DNA of 64,000 nt, taken from NCBI GenBank assembly GCA_020025425.1, contig JAHHSD010000004.1, positions 1,940 through 65,939 of the forward strand. Reading direction: 5' to 3'. Position 1 is the stretch's first letter; each line of letters starts with the position of its first letter. Positions 61,746 through 64,000 of the stretch are shown here, in pieces. The notes beneath the pieces are model-generated. The model ran no database searches. It saw only the letters and a list, made by a program, of their open reading frames with translations, and was not told the origin of the DNA. Source of the stretch: Oscillospiraceae bacterium (GTDB lineage Bacteria > Bacillota > Clostridia > Oscillospirales > Oscillospiraceae). The translations under genes and the position numbers were made by a program.

Positions 61746-62750
61746 ATGGGATACGATCCGAACGTGATGCGCCGGGCCACCGCCCGGCTGGAGGAGGAGC
61801 GCCGCCTGCGCAATGAGCGGGCGGGCCGTCTGCGCCGGGAGGCCTATGCCCGGCAGCCCCGGCTGGCCCAGCTGGACCGGTCCCTCCAGGGGACCATGGC
61901 CGAGCTGGTGGCCGCCTCCCTGCGCCACGGCGGGAACGCCAACGAGACGGTCCAGGAGATCCGGGAGCGGAACCTGGCCCTCCAGCGGGAGCGGGAGGAG
62001 CTGCTGCGGGAGATGAAGCTGGACCCCGGCCAGCTGGACGCCGCCCCCGCCTGCCCCCTGTGCGGGGACACCGGCTGGCGTGGCACCAGCATGTGCCAGT
62101 GCCTGCGGGAGCTGTGCAGCCAGGAGCAGATCAAGGAGCTGTCCAAGCTGCTGGACCTGGGGGAGCAGTCCTTTGACAGCTTCAACCTGGACTATTACAG
62201 CCAGACCCAGTGGCCGGGCCGTGGGGCCTCCCCCCGGGAGAATATGGAGCTGGTGTACGAGGTCTGCCTCAACTACGCCCAGAAATTCGGCCGCTTCTCC
62301 ATGAAAAACCTGTTTCTGTCCGGCGCCCCGGGCCTTGGCAAGACCTTTCTGTCCGCCTGCATCGCCCGCACCGTATCGGAAAACGGCCACTCGGTGGTCT
62401 ACGACACCGCCGGAAACATCTTTGCCCAGTTTGAGACCAGGAAGTTCCAGCGGGACCAGATCGACGCCCAGGAGGCCCGGGACGAGACCCGGCGCTACCT
62501 CAGCTGTGATCTGCTGATCCTGGACGATCTGGGCAGCGAGCTGACCACCCAGTTTGTCCAGTCCGCCCTCTACGAGCTCATCAACACCCGGCTGGTGGCG
62601 GGCAAGCACACCGTCATCTCCTCCAATCTGACCATGGAGGAGGCCGCCCGGCGCTATTCCCCCCAGATCGCCTCCCGGCTGGAGGGGGAGTACCATGTGC
62701 TCCACTTCTTCGGCGACGACATCCGCCTGCTGAAAAAGAGACAGCTGTGA
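61746..62750 (+). CDS. DnaC/DnaI-like ATPase (helicase loader family)
   Basis: CPLCGDTG...CQC Zn motif, GAPGLGKT, LILDDLG.E, ISSNL, SRL. Confidence 0.88.
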   Translation: MGYDPNVMRRATARLEEERRLRNERAGRLRREAYARQPRLAQLDRSLQGTMAELVAASLRHGGNANETVQEIRERNLALQREREELLREMKLDPGQLDAAPACPLCGDTGWRGTSMCQCLRELCSQEQIKELSKLLDLGEQSFDSFNLDYYSQTQWPGRGASPRENMELVYEVCLNYAQKFGRFSMKNLFLSGAPGLGKTFLSACIARTVSENGHSVVYDTAGNIFAQFETRKFQRDQIDAQEARDETRRYLSCDLLILDDLGSELTTQFVQSALYELINTRLVAGKHTVISSNLTMEEAARRYSPQIASRLEGEYHVLHFFGDDIRLLKKRQL

Positions 62751-62781
62751 GTGGACGGACGGAAAAGTCCTCTCGCCGCTA

Positions 62782-62810
62782 TTGACAAAAGCTTCAATTT
62801 CAGATAAAAT
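62782..62810 (+). promoter_or_regulatory. SigA-type promoter of the msmX-like gene
   Basis: TTGACA-17 nt-TAAAAT. Confidence 0.7.
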
Positions 62811-63050
62811 TTTTTGCAGCAATGTGCCCATTTTTTATTTGTGAGACGCGCGGACGGTTCGCCGCGTTTCAATCAATCTGCGGCTCTGCGGGACTACTCC
62901 ATTTTCCATAGCCCCCAGAAGCTGACAAAAGGAGGAAAATAACCGCCGGCCGGCGGTACGGCAGTGTGGAGACCTGCCGCAAACTCTCCGGGGTTCCGCT
63001 CCCCGCTGAGAAGGGCCCGACACGGAGGCGTCGTTCCCACGGCCAATGCT

Positions 63051-64000
63051 ATGTCTACTGTCAGTCTGAAGAACATCTACAAGATCTACGACGGCAATGT
63101 CACTGCGGTCAGCGACTTCAATCTGGAGATCGCCGACAAGGAATTCATCGTTCTGGTCGGTCCCTCCGGCTGCGGCAAGTCCACCACCCTGCGCATGGTG
63201 GCCGGCCTGGAGGAGATCAGCAAGGGCGAGCTGTACATCGACGACAAGCTGGTCAACGATGTGGAGCCCAAGGACCGCGACATCGCCATGGTGTTCCAGA
63301 GCTATGCACTGTACCCCCACATGACCGTCCGCGAGAATATGGAATTCCCCCTGAAGCTTCGCAAGATCCCCAAGGAGGAGATCGACCGCCGCGTCAACGA
63401 GGCCGCCGCTATCCTGGACATCACCCAGTATCTGGACCGCAAGCCCAAGGCCCTGTCCGGCGGCCAGCGTCAGCGTGTGGCCATCGGCCGCGCCATCGTC
63501 CGTGAGCCCAAGGTGCTGCTGATGGACGAGCCCCTGTCCAACCTGGACGCCAAGCTGCGCAACCAGATGCGCGCCGAGATCAAGAAGCTGCGCCAGAAGA
63601 TCGACACCACCTTCGTCTACGTCACCCACGACCAGACCGAGGCCATGACCCTGGGCGACCGCATCGTCATTATGAAGGACGGCTTCGTCCAGCAGATCGG
63701 CACCCCCCAGGAGGTCTTTGATCACCCCTGCAACATCTTCGTGGCCGGCTTCATTGGCACCCCCCAGATGAACTTCTTCAAGGCCAAGCTGGAAAAGACC
63801 GGCGACGGCTATCAGATCAACTGCCTGGGCGCCACCATCCCCGTGGCCAAGGAGATGGCCGACAAGCTGGCCGCCAAGGGCCAGCAGTCCGGCGAGGTCA
63901 CCGTGGGTGTCCGTCCTGAGCACATCACCGTCCAGGCCGCCGGCACCAGCGCCATCGAGTCCACCGTCGAGGTGTCCGAGCTGATGGGCAGCGAGTTCTA
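63051..64000 (+). CDS. Sugar ABC transporter ATPase (MsmX/MalK/UgpC family), 3' truncated by window
   Basis: MSTVSLKNIYK, GPSGCGKST, MVFQSYALYPHM, LSGGQRQRV, DEPLSNLDAKLR. Confidence 0.93.
   Translation, partial: MSTVSLKNIYKIYDGNVTAVSDFNLEIADKEFIVLVGPSGCGKSTTLRMVAGLEEISKGELYIDDKLVNDVEPKDRDIAMVFQSYALYPHMTVRENMEFPLKLRKIPKEEIDRRVNEAAAILDITQYLDRKPKALSGGQRQRVAIGRAIVREPKVLLMDEPLSNLDAKLRNQMRAEIKKLRQKIDTTFVYVTHDQTEAMTLGDRIVIMKDGFVQQIGTPQEVFDHPCNIFVAGFIGTPQMNFFKAKLEKTGDGYQINCLGATIPVAKEMADKLAAKGQQSGEVTVGVRPEHITVQAAGTSAIESTVEVSELMGSEF

Noticed and set aside
60795..62750. DnaD plus DnaC-like pair as a prophage replication module
   Set aside because: No integrase, structural or lysis genes nearby; host-like codon use fits the chromosomal primosome pair
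62941..63050. HDV-like ribozyme in the msmX leader
   Set aside because: Starts GGCCGGC like HDV, but I could not build the P1/P2/P3 nested pseudoknot on either strand

Overview
GC-rich chromosomal window from a spore-forming Bacillota/Clostridia bacterium; gene content and style suggest Oscillospiraceae (inference). It is mostly housekeeping: tatD end, folC, a cysteine desulfurase, a TPP-riboswitch thiSFGH-tenI-thiE-thiD operon, a nucleoside ABC system with xpt, asnS, lexA, rpsF-ssb-rpsR, htrA, ytvI, spoIIP, lepA, a zapA-U32-dut-maf-mreCD-pbp2 run, greA, an M23 hydrolase, dnaD/dnaC-like genes and the start of an msmX-like ATPase. No CRISPR array, tRNA/rRNA, transposase, integrase or prophage was seen. 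Standouts: (1) a four-gene cell-wall locus (28.6-34.1 kb) encoding an alanine-racemase-fold protein lacking its catalytic residues, a D-aspartate ligase, an aspartate racemase and a non-DAP-type MurE fused in frame to a complete acetylglutamate kinase (ArgB) domain, pointing to an L-Orn/L-Lys-D-Asp peptidoglycan pathway; (2) a 167-bp non-coding multi-hairpin element between the lepA stop and an 85-bp, mostly synonymously diverged second copy of the lepA 3' end; (3) several structured non-coding leaders and an AT-richer AbgB/SLC13 island near folC. All product calls come from motif recognition by eye; no searches were run.
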